A DNA stretch of 32,000 nucleotides from Candidatus Poseidoniaceae archaeon (GTDB taxonomy: Archaea; Thermoplasmatota; Poseidoniia; Poseidoniales; Poseidoniaceae), in contig CALSTM010000002.1 in NCBI GenBank assembly GCA_943789275.1, forward strand, positions 270,001 through 302,000, in the 5' to 3' direction. Both the position numbers and the translations under genes were made by a program. The notes under the pieces were generated by a model. That model had not been told where the DNA came from and ran no database searches. It saw nothing but the letters and a program-made list of their open reading frames with translations. Position 1 is the first letter of the stretch, and every line of letters begins with the position of its first letter. Shown here piece by piece: positions 16,150 to 25,314 of this stretch.

Positions 16150-17475
16150 ATGAAATCATATTTTGAGGAAGAACTCCTACACTCCTTTTTCGACAAAAGG
16201 TTTCATGTGCTCCTTTCACACCCTGCAATCATGGCGAAGGGGTGGCGTGGTCTTCTTGAGGAAGAATCGGAACATCAATGGCTCGCCATGGGTGGATTTT
16301 TGGTATTCATTCTCGTCGGAGCTTTGTTGATTCAAGGCACATCTTCACTCCCTGGCGTCGACTATCGAACCGAAGGACTTGACCAGGACGGTCGGGTATT
16401 GGACATCATCTACGGAGATTCCGGCACGTACACGGCCTTAGTCATAAATAACGGCGAAGGAGAACTCTTCCACCTTAACCAGGCAGGAGAGATTCACGAT
16501 ATTGGCGGCGAATACCCAGATGTGATTGGACTTAATTTCATTACCCAGTTGCACGATGGTAGCATAGCGGTCTCACCGCAAAAGAACACACTCGACATCG
16601 TGCATGTGAATGCTGAAGTTGAGCAACGAACCGTACTTTCCCTCAACGATGGACAAGCGGAGTTTGACATCCTTGACCTGGCCGAACAGAAATCAAACGA
16701 ATCGTATCGATGGCTCATGGTCACCGATGAAGACGACTCGACTGGACTTCGAGGCTTTGGACCGGTGGGGAGTGAATTGCTTCCTGTCGATGAGCCTATG
16801 AAAAATGCAGACTTAACCTCAGCAACTCTGGCTCCAACGAACATTGACTGGAATATGGTTGAATCTCTTGGAGACGGACAGTGGGTTGCTGTAGGCTCCA
16901 TGGGCAGTGTATTCGGAAGCGATGACAGTCCAGCGACTCCAACCAAGCACCCAGTCATTGGATTCATTACATGGGACGACGGACCAGCTGCACCAATGCT
17001 CACCTCGATCGAAGAAGTCGACAAAGGAGAAATCCATTCCCTTGTACGACTCGATAACGGAACACTGCTCGCAGCAGGAACCGCTTCTGCAGTGCATATT
17101 GCCAAAGATCGTACAACGACATCAATCAATGTTGCCAGCGTTTCATCAACTCTGGATGAAAACGGTAAAGTCTGGATGCTTGGGAGTAAAGGAAGTACCT
17201 CCGTAATGCGGTTGGTAGACGGAGAAATGGAAACTTTACCGTTGTCTCGCCCGATTCCGCTCAATGTCCAAGTGTCCGATGTTTCCAACGACATCCTCTA
17301 TGCTCACGGCATCAACAACAACGGCGAACCTGTAACCTACTCCATAGACACCTTAGCAATAGGCTCTATAGAGAGTGGAAGAGGGTTTTTGAACCTCATG
17401 TTTGTAGGGATTTCAAGTATGGTACTCGGTGTAATGTTATGGACTGGAACCAAGAGATTGATTCAAAATCAATGA
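16150..17475 (+). CDS. Hypothetical membrane protein: N-terminal TM anchor, beta-rich ectodomain and C-terminal TM anchor
   Basis: The ORF is open from 16111 (454 aa), with alternative ATGs at 16150 and 16231. TM helices are 'WLAMGGFLVFILVGALLIQG' near the N-terminus and 'FLNLMFVGISSMVLGVMLWTG' at the C-terminus. Between them lie about 340 aa rich in G, D, S and T. The 266-aa antisense ORF (16494..17294) is Ser-rich shadow. Confidence 0.6.
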   Translation: MKSYFEEELLHSFFDKRFHVLLSHPAIMAKGWRGLLEEESEHQWLAMGGFLVFILVGALLIQGTSSLPGVDYRTEGLDQDGRVLDIIYGDSGTYTALVINNGEGELFHLNQAGEIHDIGGEYPDVIGLNFITQLHDGSIAVSPQKNTLDIVHVNAEVEQRTVLSLNDGQAEFDILDLAEQKSNESYRWLMVTDEDDSTGLRGFGPVGSELLPVDEPMKNADLTSATLAPTNIDWNMVESLGDGQWVAVGSMGSVFGSDDSPATPTKHPVIGFITWDDGPAAPMLTSIEEVDKGEIHSLVRLDNGTLLAAGTASAVHIAKDRTTTSINVASVSSTLDENGKVWMLGSKGSTSVMRLVDGEMETLPLSRPIPLNVQVSDVSNDILYAHGINNNGEPVTYSIDTLAIGSIESGRGFLNLMFVGISSMVLGVMLWTGTKRLIQNQ

Positions 17476-17583
17476 TGTTCCATCTTATCGAAGAAACAGC
17501 ACTTTGTTCTAGACAACGCGAGAACCTTCATGTGCTCTCGGCAACGACAGGAAACTCCAGCGAGAGCAAGGAGTGTATCAAGT

Positions 17584-20238
17584 ATGGCCAAAAGGGGGAT
17601 GATGGACCAATTCATGGACATCAAGGAACAACACCCCGACACCATTCTGTTCTTCAGAATGGGAGACTTTTACGAATTGTTCCATGAAGATGCTGTTGTT
17701 GGTTCTGAAGTCTTGGGACTCGCCCTCACCTCCCGGGACAAAAAAGCAGCAAAACCCATTCAAATGGCCGGTTTCCCTTGGCACGCATTGGAAGACAACC
17801 TGCGAGTCATGCTCAAAGCTGGTCACAAAGTTACCGTGGCTGAGCAGGAGCAGGAACTTCGGGAAGGAGCAAAACTTCTGGAGCGGATTGTCACTCGAGT
17901 CTACACGCCAGGTAGCCTTTATGAAGAATCATTACTCGGTACCGATGAACGTTCTCTGTTGGTTTCTGTGTCCCTTAGTAAAACTGCACTTGGACTCGGG
18001 ATATTCGATGCTTCAACTGGACAAGCCTGGGCTTCAAATCTTGAAGGTGACGACCGGTTCGCTCGAGCTTTAGATGAGATTCTGCGTTGGAGACCAACCG
18101 AAATTGTCGTCTCTCCTAAAGATGCTGAAGACGATGCACTGTGCGCCCTATTCTCGCACTTAGACGGCGTTCTAATCAGCCAACATCGTGCCAGCGAAAC
18201 CAAACGCCGGAACCGTTTGGAAAAAGTACTGAAGGTGGCCGACCTGGGTCATTTGGATTTAGACGATGCACCCTTGGCTCTCGCCGCTGCCGGACTTGCA
18301 GCAGACTATCTAGCGACCATGCACATTGCTGACGAGGTACCCATTCGTGATATCGAGGTGATCGATGAGGCTGGACACTTGGTTCTCGATCAGACTACGC
18401 TTCGTAACCTTGAATTAACCTCGACTTTAGCGGGTGAATACGAAGGAAGCCTACTTGCATCACTGAATGCGTGCAGGAGCGCAATGGGTCGGCGTCTGTT
18501 GAAAACTTGGATTCTTCGACCTCTGTGCAGTATTGAGGCTATCCATGCTCGGCACGAAGCCGTTGGTTCACTCTCCCGCTCGGCTCGGCGTCTGGACGCC
18601 ATTCGAGATGCTTTGCGTGGGTTGAGAGACATGGAACGTCTTGCGACACAATTGGCTTACAACAGGTCAAATGGACGTGATTTGATGGCGGTTTCCGATG
18701 CATTGGAACGCATGCCGGCCATCATTAACTTGTGCCAAGAAACAGATAACCCACTTCTTACCCACCTCTCGAATAACCTTGATTGCTTATCCGATATGGC
18801 AGAGGATATCCGCAGAACACTCGTTGATGAACCACCTTTGAGTATTCGAGATGGAGGTTTGATTCGTACTGGATTGAATCAAAATATTGACCGATTGCGA
18901 GAAACTTCCGCTTCGGGGCACTCGTGGTTCCGGGAACTGGAATCAAAACTGCGCTTAGAACTTGAGATTCCATCGCTCAAAGTTCGTATGAATCGCCAAA
19001 TTGGATGGTTCATTGAAGTAACAAAGACCAACGAAAACAAGGTTCCTGAAGAATGGCGTCGGAAGCAACAGATGACAAACGGTTCCCGTTACATTACCAC
19101 TGAACTCGCAGAGAGAGACGACCTTTTGCTTACAGCAGATACCAAAGTGAAAGAACTCGAATACCGAGAATACACAGCATTGAGAGAGCGATGTAAAACC
19201 CATGCCCAAGCTTTAGCCAACATCGCTGGAAGGGTCGCTGCCATTGATGTCCTCCAATGCTTCGCCTCCATTGCTCGAACACGCTCCTGGACTCGCCCTG
19301 AACTCACTGAAGGACATCATCTCAAAGCGGACGGTGCCCGTCACCCAACACTCGAAACCCAGTCGGGATTCGTCCCCAATGATATCCATCTCCAAAAGAA
19401 AAGGAATTTCCTCTTGATTACCGGGCCGAACATGGGCGGTAAATCGACCTACCTCCGTACCACTGCACTGATTACCATCCTCGCTCAATGTGGGAGTTTT
19501 GTCCCTGCTAAAAAAGCCAAAATTGGATTGGTCGATCGCATATTTACCCGCGTTGGTGCCAGCGATGACTTACGCCGAGGGCGTTCTACCTTCATGATGG
19601 AAATGATTGAAGTCGCCCATATTCTTCGCCGAGCAACCTCTCAATCTCTCGTTCTGTTGGATGAAATCGGCAGGGGTACATCCACTTTTGACGGTTTATC
19701 TATTGCCTGGTCGGTCACTGAAGATATCTGTCGCCGAATTGGGTCACGAACTTTGTTTGCGACACATTACCACCAACTCATCGGACTGGAGGGTGAAGTC
19801 GATGGTTTGGTGAACGTCCATGTCCAGGTTGCCCAATCGGACGGAGAATTGCGTTTCATGCATACCGTTGCAGACGGTCCTTGTGACGACTCATACGGAG
19901 TGCAGGTTGCTGCTTTGGCTGGACTTCCCAGAGCAGTGGTCGAACGAGCATCCGACCTTCTCGCCTTCCTTGAACAACAAGCAGATGGCGCAAAGGCTGG
20001 CGAATCCGGCACCCCTTCTTCTCGAGCACACGGTCAATCGAGCCTCATGGGCTATTTTGCAGCTGCCGCAATGAACCAATCGAACCAAACTTCGTCCTCA
20101 CAACCAAGCCTCTTGCCTGAGCAAAAGAATACACTGGAATATCTGAGGCAAATCGATGCTGATGAACTCTCTCCAAAACAAGCGCATGATGCCCTCTATA
20201 GACTAAAGAAACTCTTAGGAAGTGAAGAACGTGACTGA
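17584..20238 (+). CDS. mutS: DNA mismatch repair protein MutS (bacterial MutS1 type)
   Basis: N-terminal mismatch-recognition motif 'MMDQFMDIKEQHPDTILFFRMGDFYELF'. Walker A 'GPNMGGKSTYLR', 'STFMMEM', 'LLDEIGRGTSTFDG' and 'FATHYHQL'. I chose the ATG at 17584, while the track ORF starts at 17530. Confidence 0.95.
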   Translation: MAKRGMMDQFMDIKEQHPDTILFFRMGDFYELFHEDAVVGSEVLGLALTSRDKKAAKPIQMAGFPWHALEDNLRVMLKAGHKVTVAEQEQELREGAKLLERIVTRVYTPGSLYEESLLGTDERSLLVSVSLSKTALGLGIFDASTGQAWASNLEGDDRFARALDEILRWRPTEIVVSPKDAEDDALCALFSHLDGVLISQHRASETKRRNRLEKVLKVADLGHLDLDDAPLALAAAGLAADYLATMHIADEVPIRDIEVIDEAGHLVLDQTTLRNLELTSTLAGEYEGSLLASLNACRSAMGRRLLKTWILRPLCSIEAIHARHEAVGSLSRSARRLDAIRDALRGLRDMERLATQLAYNRSNGRDLMAVSDALERMPAIINLCQETDNPLLTHLSNNLDCLSDMAEDIRRTLVDEPPLSIRDGGLIRTGLNQNIDRLRETSASGHSWFRELESKLRLELEIPSLKVRMNRQIGWFIEVTKTNENKVPEEWRRKQQMTNGSRYITTELAERDDLLLTADTKVKELEYREYTALRERCKTHAQALANIAGRVAAIDVLQCFASIARTRSWTRPELTEGHHLKADGARHPTLETQSGFVPNDIHLQKKRNFLLITGPNMGGKSTYLRTTALITILAQCGSFVPAKKAKIGLVDRIFTRVGASDDLRRGRSTFMMEMIEVAHILRRATSQSLVLLDEIGRGTSTFDGLSIAWSVTEDICRRIGSRTLFATHYHQLIGLEGEVDGLVNVHVQVAQSDGELRFMHTVADGPCDDSYGVQVAALAGLPRAVVERASDLLAFLEQQADGAKAGESGTPSSRAHGQSSLMGYFAAAAMNQSNQTSSSQPSLLPEQKNTLEYLRQIDADELSPKQAHDALYRLKKLLGSEERD

Positions 20239-22237
20239 ACCAAATCGCATCATTCAACTGGATGAATCCACCATTGGCCATATTGCCGCAGGAGAAGTCG
20301 TTGAACGACCTGCCCAAGTGGTCAAGGAATTACTTGAAAACAGCCTTGACGCAAGTGCTGAACGCCTTGTCATCACAGTAGAGCGTGGCGGTTTTGATTT
20401 AATTCGAGTCGAAGATGATGGAAGTGGAATCGATGAAAACGATTTGCGACTTGCCCTCGACCGCCATGCAACTTCCAAATTAAAGAAGGCAGAAGACCTC
20501 AATTCAATTCACACTCTCGGGTTTCGTGGCGAGGCTTTAGCCAGCATCGGTATGGTATCTCACCTCTCCATTTCAAGTCGGCCTGCTGGAAAGGATGGAA
20601 AATCAATCACGATGAAAAATGGCGAAAAAGGAACTATCGAGCCGTTTGGAATGCAACATGGAACCCGTATTGATGTCGAACATTTATTCCGAAATACGCC
20701 GGCTCGACTTGCCTTTCAACGCCGGCCAGCAACGGAGAACTCTCGGATTGTGGACGTGGTGGTTGCTCATGCAATGGCCCATCAGTTGACCGGTTTTCGT
20801 TTGGTTATCGACGAGAGGGTCATGCTCGATATCCCTTCGGCTGATTCAATGACGGACCGATTGTTTGACCTCTTGGGCGGTCAAGTTGAATCGATGTTGG
20901 AAATGACGTCTCCAGACACCGATAATGAAGCACCTGGAAAGGAGAGATGGACCGGTTGGATCAGTACTCCGGATATTACCCGTGGCAAAGGTGACGATAT
21001 CCATATTTTGATTAACGACAGACCGGTTGCTGCCGGCCCGTTTTTACAAGCAATCCGACGAGGGTACAAAACCCGACTGATGCAAGGAAGACACCCTATT
21101 GCCGTCTTATCGCTCACATTGCCTCCAGATGAAGTCGATGTCAACGTCCACCCGACCAAACGTGAAGTTCGTTTGCGACACTCGTGGAGGGTTCTTGAAC
21201 GACTGGAACGGGCGATTGCTCACACTTTGGAATCTGTCCCTACCCAACCGGATGCTGCTGGAGGCATTCCTGCCCTTCAAGGCCTTGGAGTACAGAAAGT
21301 AAAATCCATTCAAGAACACCTTGCACCCCCAACCCAACAGCAAAACCCTCTCGATGCTGCTGCCGGTTCATCCACACTTGTGCTACCGAAAGAGAACAAA
21401 ACAGAGACCCCACCAGCTTGGGCCATTGCTGCGGGAGCACAACTCAATCTCCACGGCAGTCAAGCGACTGAACCAGAAGTTGAAGCCAAAAAACGACCGC
21501 AATCAACCTCGCCTGCTGCTCAAGATACATTACCGGGTTTGGATGAAAAACCAACTGCACCTGCCCTCTCTCACGCTGAAAGAACACTTCACCGGCATGC
21601 AGGTTGTGGGCACCAAGTCTCACCAAATGAAGAGGCTCCACTTGAAGGAATCATCAATGAACTTCCAGAGATGGAACCGCTTGCCCAATTTGCCGACTCC
21701 TACATTCTGGTTCAGGCTGAAGAGGAATTGCTCCTGATCGACCAACATGCTTTGCATGAACGCATTCGATACGAGCGCCTACGTAATGACGAATCGCTTT
21801 GGGAAAGTCAGACCAAAATTCAACCGGTGGAATTGAACCTTGATGCACGTCAATCCGTACGTGTTGCTGCAGCAGTTGACACGCTTTCTCAGGTTGGCTT
21901 TTCACTTCGAGAGGGTGAGAAAGGTTGGATGGTCGATGCTGCTCCGCAATTACTTGAAGGTGAGGAACTCGTACCTTTCCTTCTCGATTTACTCCAAGAT
22001 ACGGCTGAAGACGGCGCTCCGCTTGAAACGGTTGACAGAAGAAAAGACCACTTGGCATTCCTAAATGCCTGCAGAGGTGCAGTCAAAGCCAACGAAAAAC
22101 TGACATTACCTGAGATGAGAAGGTTACTTGACGACATGCGTAGAATTCCGAACCCTTGGGCATGCGTTCACGGAAGACCAACAGCACTACGCTTGCCACT
22201 AAACTCACTCGACCACCACTTTGGTCGTCACGGTTAA
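20222..22237 (+). CDS. mutL: DNA mismatch repair protein MutL (endonuclease-proficient type)
   Basis: GHKL ATPase N-terminus 'IAAGEVVERPAQVVKELLENSLDA', 'DDGSGI' and 'GFRGEALASI'. C-terminal endonuclease motifs 'DQHALHERIRYE' (DQHAx2Ex4E), 'ACRGAVKAN' and 'CVHGRPT'. The GTG start at 20222 (or 20231) overlaps the end of mutS. Confidence 0.95.
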   Translation: MKNVTEPNRIIQLDESTIGHIAAGEVVERPAQVVKELLENSLDASAERLVITVERGGFDLIRVEDDGSGIDENDLRLALDRHATSKLKKAEDLNSIHTLGFRGEALASIGMVSHLSISSRPAGKDGKSITMKNGEKGTIEPFGMQHGTRIDVEHLFRNTPARLAFQRRPATENSRIVDVVVAHAMAHQLTGFRLVIDERVMLDIPSADSMTDRLFDLLGGQVESMLEMTSPDTDNEAPGKERWTGWISTPDITRGKGDDIHILINDRPVAAGPFLQAIRRGYKTRLMQGRHPIAVLSLTLPPDEVDVNVHPTKREVRLRHSWRVLERLERAIAHTLESVPTQPDAAGGIPALQGLGVQKVKSIQEHLAPPTQQQNPLDAAAGSSTLVLPKENKTETPPAWAIAAGAQLNLHGSQATEPEVEAKKRPQSTSPAAQDTLPGLDEKPTAPALSHAERTLHRHAGCGHQVSPNEEAPLEGIINELPEMEPLAQFADSYILVQAEEELLLIDQHALHERIRYERLRNDESLWESQTKIQPVELNLDARQSVRVAAAVDTLSQVGFSLREGEKGWMVDAAPQLLEGEELVPFLLDLLQDTAEDGAPLETVDRRKDHLAFLNACRGAVKANEKLTLPEMRRLLDDMRRIPNPWACVHGRPTALRLPLNSLDHHFGRHG

Positions 22238-23667
22238 TCTTCAAGGGACGGGATTTGAACTGATTCAATACCAATTCCAGCGTCTTGTAAACGCTGAATA
22301 AAGCCCTCGTCTGCAACATGGTGCAATTTCTGACCAATAATTTCTCCACCGGTTTTTGAAGCGAGAAGAACGGCAGTCATGAACAATCGATGATCTTCAA
22401 ACGTAGGAACTGGAACACTGGGCTTTTTCGGAACTTGGTTTCCTTCAACTTCAATACCATCGGAAAGCAGTTCTGCCTTTAATCCAAAATGCTCGAGCAG
22501 TTCCACAGTACGGGTAAGGCGATTGCTTTCTTTGTGAGCTGCATGCGCTGCACCAGTGATTTTTCCACCTCCACCAAGAGCAAGCAGAGCGGCCATTGGC
22601 GGCAAGATGTCGTTGGAATCGGTGACATCCAAATGAGTGAAGTCTGCCCCTCCGGATAATTTCAAGCACCCCGGAGACCACTTTATGCCGTATTCTATAG
22701 CAGATTCTTGGAGTATTTCATGCCCAATAGCGTTCTCTCTTTCAGGCCAACCTTTCAGTTGTATCTCCGAAGAAAGGCAGAACGCTGCGAGAACTGCAAA
22801 CGAAGCCATTGAAGCATCCCCCGGTACTGAATACGAGTCTTCACCACTCACTGACCAAGGTCCCATTGAACACCCCTCTCTACCAATGTCAACCGAGCAA
22901 CCTGCATGACGAACCATTTCGGCTGTGAGGTTGGAATGACGATTTGAGACACCTTTCCCTTTGAGAGTAAGCGTCGTTTGAACAGGTAAGCTCGTGGATG
23001 CAAGAATCCAAGAAGAAAGCGGTTGACTGGATTGAGAGATGTCCAGGGTAATTCCAGATTCCAATTTCTCGGCGTCCCAAGGTCCCGAAAGGATGACTGG
23101 CAGGCGTTCGGAACCTTGCCCAATAGAAACTTCAACACCGGCCTGGCGAAGAGAGTCCCACAAGGCCTCGGAATCTCTCTTACGAAGTGACTGGTCGCCA
23201 TCAAGCATGATTGGCCCTTCCATACTGGCGACTAATCCTGCCAGAAACCGTAGAGCAGTACCGGAATTAGCGGCATTGAGTACGCTTGCTGGGCGGGAAA
23301 AACCGTTGACCCCTACTCCATGCATGACCCATTTTTCCGAATGAGGGTGCGGGCCGAGTTCCATAGGGTTGGTTTGCACCAACAATTCGCCGTTTGAATC
23401 GTAGTCTTCGAACTTCACACCCATCTGTGCAAGGCAATTCCGCATGGCACGGACATCGTCCCCGGATGCTGCCACGTTTTCCAAAGTAATGCTCTGAGTT
23501 GTTTGTGAATACAGAGCAAGAGCACGTATGAGATGGCTCTTGGAAGGAGGAAGACGCCATTCTACGGCTTTGGAACTCGTGCGAGGTGAAATGCGAAGAA
23601 TGCGTAAATCGTTGCGACGGTGGTCTTTGCCTGAAGTGGTCCAGCGCTTTACCCAACCCTTCGCCAT
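22234..23667 (-). CDS. aroA: 3-phosphoshikimate 1-carboxyvinyltransferase (EPSP synthase)
   Basis: 'LPPSKSHLIRALALYSQ' corresponds to the PxSKS..NR family motif. It also has 'NAANSGTALRFLAGL' and a repeated beta-alpha-beta-alpha-beta-beta architecture of AroA length. I chose the ATG at 23667. The longer track start (23793) would overlap moaA. Confidence 0.85.
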   Translation of the reverse strand: MAKGWVKRWTTSGKDHRRNDLRILRISPRTSSKAVEWRLPPSKSHLIRALALYSQTTQSITLENVAASGDDVRAMRNCLAQMGVKFEDYDSNGELLVQTNPMELGPHPHSEKWVMHGVGVNGFSRPASVLNAANSGTALRFLAGLVASMEGPIMLDGDQSLRKRDSEALWDSLRQAGVEVSIGQGSERLPVILSGPWDAEKLESGITLDISQSSQPLSSWILASTSLPVQTTLTLKGKGVSNRHSNLTAEMVRHAGCSVDIGREGCSMGPWSVSGEDSYSVPGDASMASFAVLAAFCLSSEIQLKGWPERENAIGHEILQESAIEYGIKWSPGCLKLSGGADFTHLDVTDSNDILPPMAALLALGGGGKITGAAHAAHKESNRLTRTVELLEHFGLKAELLSDGIEVEGNQVPKKPSVPVPTFEDHRLFMTAVLLASKTGGEIIGQKLHHVADEGFIQRLQDAGIGIESVQIPSLED

Positions 23668-23709
23668 GGTGCTTCCAAACTCCGAGCACCCATCAACCCT
23701 TGCAACACA

Positions 23710-23719
23710 GAATAAAAAG
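23710..23719 (+). promoter_or_regulatory. TATA-like box GAATAAAAAG in the aroA/moaA divergent spacer
   Basis: It is centred about 27 nt upstream of the moaA ATG (23742), the spacing expected for a leaderless archaeal transcript. On the other strand it reads CTTTTTATTC, about 48 nt upstream of the aroA ATG. Confidence 0.35.
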
Positions 23720-23741
23720 CCGAAGCCGCATAGGCTGTTCA

Positions 23742-24746
23742 ATGTCGATTGAGGATTCACTGGGTCGCCCCTTGAGGGACCTTCGCATCTCAATCACTGA
23801 CCGCTGCAATTTTAGGTGCACATACTGTATGCCCAGAGAGAACTTCGGCCCAGATCATACCTTCCTTGCTAAGCAAGAAATTCTCTCCTACGAAGAAATG
23901 ACCACCGTCGTCGAATCGCTTCTGCCGCTCGGACTCAAAAAAGTTCGAATCACTGGTGGAGAACCGCTCATGCGTAAAGACCTAGGAATCTTCATCGCAA
24001 TGCTTCGCAGCCTCGATGCTGAGATTGATATTGCGTTAACAACCAATGGAGTTCTCTTGAAAAAGCACGCACGCCAATTGTTCGATTCTGGCCTTAACCG
24101 AGTGACTGTAAGTATCGATGCGATGGATGTAGAGATGTTCCAAAGCATTACCGACAGTAAGAACACACCCGGAGAAGTGTTTGCAGGTATCGAAACAGCT
24201 CAGCAATGTGGCCTTCGTGTCAAAGTTAATTGCGTGGTAAAGAAGGGATTGAATGAAGAGCAAATCGTCCCATTGGTCGATGCTTGTTCATCACGTAACA
24301 TCCCCATTCGTTTCATTGAGTTCATGGACGTTGGGACGACAAATAACTGGAACCTTGAATCGGTCGTTTCAGGTGAAGAAATGCGACAAAGAATTTCAAA
24401 TCACTATGGTCCTTTGCGTAGGAATACGGCGAAGCATCCCTCCGATGTTGCTCGTATGTGGAGTTTAAAGAACGGAACCGAGGTCGGTTTTATTGAATCG
24501 GTGAGCAGCCCATTTTGTGGAGACTGTTCCCGAGCACGACTGTCAGCCCATGGCTCAATGTACACGTGCTTGTTCTCTGAAAAAGGATTTGATATTCGTG
24601 GAATCCTAAGGTTCGGCGCATCGAGTCAAGAAGTCGCTGAATTGATTCAAAACATTTGGACCAAAAGAGACGACCGCTATTCCGAAATCCGAGGGCAGGT
24701 AAACACGGAGCGGCAACCTGTCGAAATGTCCTTCATTGGCGGTTAA
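23742..24746 (+). CDS. moaA: GTP 3',8-cyclase MoaA (molybdenum cofactor biosynthesis, radical SAM)
   Basis: 'LRISITDRCNFRCTYCMP' has the CxxxCxxC radical-SAM cluster. 'ITGGEPLMR' is present. The C-terminal second cluster reads 'FCGDCSRARLSAHGSMYTCLF'. The protein ends with the family-typical Gly-Gly. I chose the ATG at 23742. Confidence 0.9.
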   Translation: MSIEDSLGRPLRDLRISITDRCNFRCTYCMPRENFGPDHTFLAKQEILSYEEMTTVVESLLPLGLKKVRITGGEPLMRKDLGIFIAMLRSLDAEIDIALTTNGVLLKKHARQLFDSGLNRVTVSIDAMDVEMFQSITDSKNTPGEVFAGIETAQQCGLRVKVNCVVKKGLNEEQIVPLVDACSSRNIPIRFIEFMDVGTTNNWNLESVVSGEEMRQRISNHYGPLRRNTAKHPSDVARMWSLKNGTEVGFIESVSSPFCGDCSRARLSAHGSMYTCLFSEKGFDIRGILRFGASSQEVAELIQNIWTKRDDRYSEIRGQVNTERQPVEMSFIGG

Positions 24747-25240
24747 GACTCAAGAGGCGGTAAAACAACATTCACCAAAACTGAATTGGTCGAAAGATCA
24801 ACCAGTTGGAACCGCCAAGTCCCAGTATCTGAGCCAATGGTCGTCGAATCAATAACAAAATAATCGCCCTGACTTACAGAATAGCCCGCATCACGGTCAT
24901 GGAACGATATGTTCGCACCAATCAGCCCATACACATCAGAATCACTTACCAGACCCCCTAAAGTATTGCCCTGCGAGACGTTTTCTGGGGCCAAAGAAAA
25001 TTGAATTTTCGCTGGGTCAATCGTCTGGTCCAGAGAAGTCATACGAACAACGTGGAAGCCATTGGATAAACCTCGAACGCTAACGGTTGCTTGGGCTGCA
25101 GGCTTCTCGTTGTTAGTGAGTGCTCCTTGCATCAGTACAAACACCATACTGGAAAGCATGACGGTGATAGCGAGGAGAAGAACAGTGGCGATAACCGGGC
25201 TCACAGCCTGGTTACTGTCTGCCCTCCGAACACTGCGCAT
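24743..25240 (-). CDS. Archaeal type IV pilin-like protein (class III signal peptide, DUF1628-like)
   Basis: The N-terminus 'MRSVRRADSNQAVSPVIATVLLLAITVMLSSMVFVL' has a charged leader, a probable prepilin-peptidase site before 'VSPVI' and a hydrophobic helix. A beta-rich domain follows. Confidence 0.75.
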   Translation of the reverse strand: MRSVRRADSNQAVSPVIATVLLLAITVMLSSMVFVLMQGALTNNEKPAAQATVSVRGLSNGFHVVRMTSLDQTIDPAKIQFSLAPENVSQGNTLGGLVSDSDVYGLIGANISFHDRDAGYSVSQGDYFVIDSTTIGSDTGTWRFQLVDLSTNSVLVNVVLPPLES

Positions 25241-25314
25241 GGTACCTCTGTGTCATCGATAGGTCTTGAACCAACCGTTTCAAATTCAGTAAAGAGAGAC
25301 GACTTCGCAATGAA

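Noticed and set aside
15542-16228. Long N-terminal extensions offered by the ORF track for rpl10e (to 16228), aroA (to 23793), moaA (from 23586), mutS (from 17530), aIF2-alpha (from 7163) and rpl37e (to 5276).
   Set aside because: In each case, family-typical N-termini begin at an internal ATG. The extensions overlap neighbouring genes or promoters and have no homologous counterpart in the families.
16494-17294. A 266-aa minus-strand ORF, and similar long antisense ORFs (for example 1436..1909 +, 7390..7773 -, 21654..22058 -, 23267..23689 -, 3517..3930 -).
   Set aside because: All lie wholly inside stronger ORFs with recognisable motifs or membrane topology on the opposite strand. They have Ser/Arg/Cys-rich shadow-frame composition and no recognisable domains.
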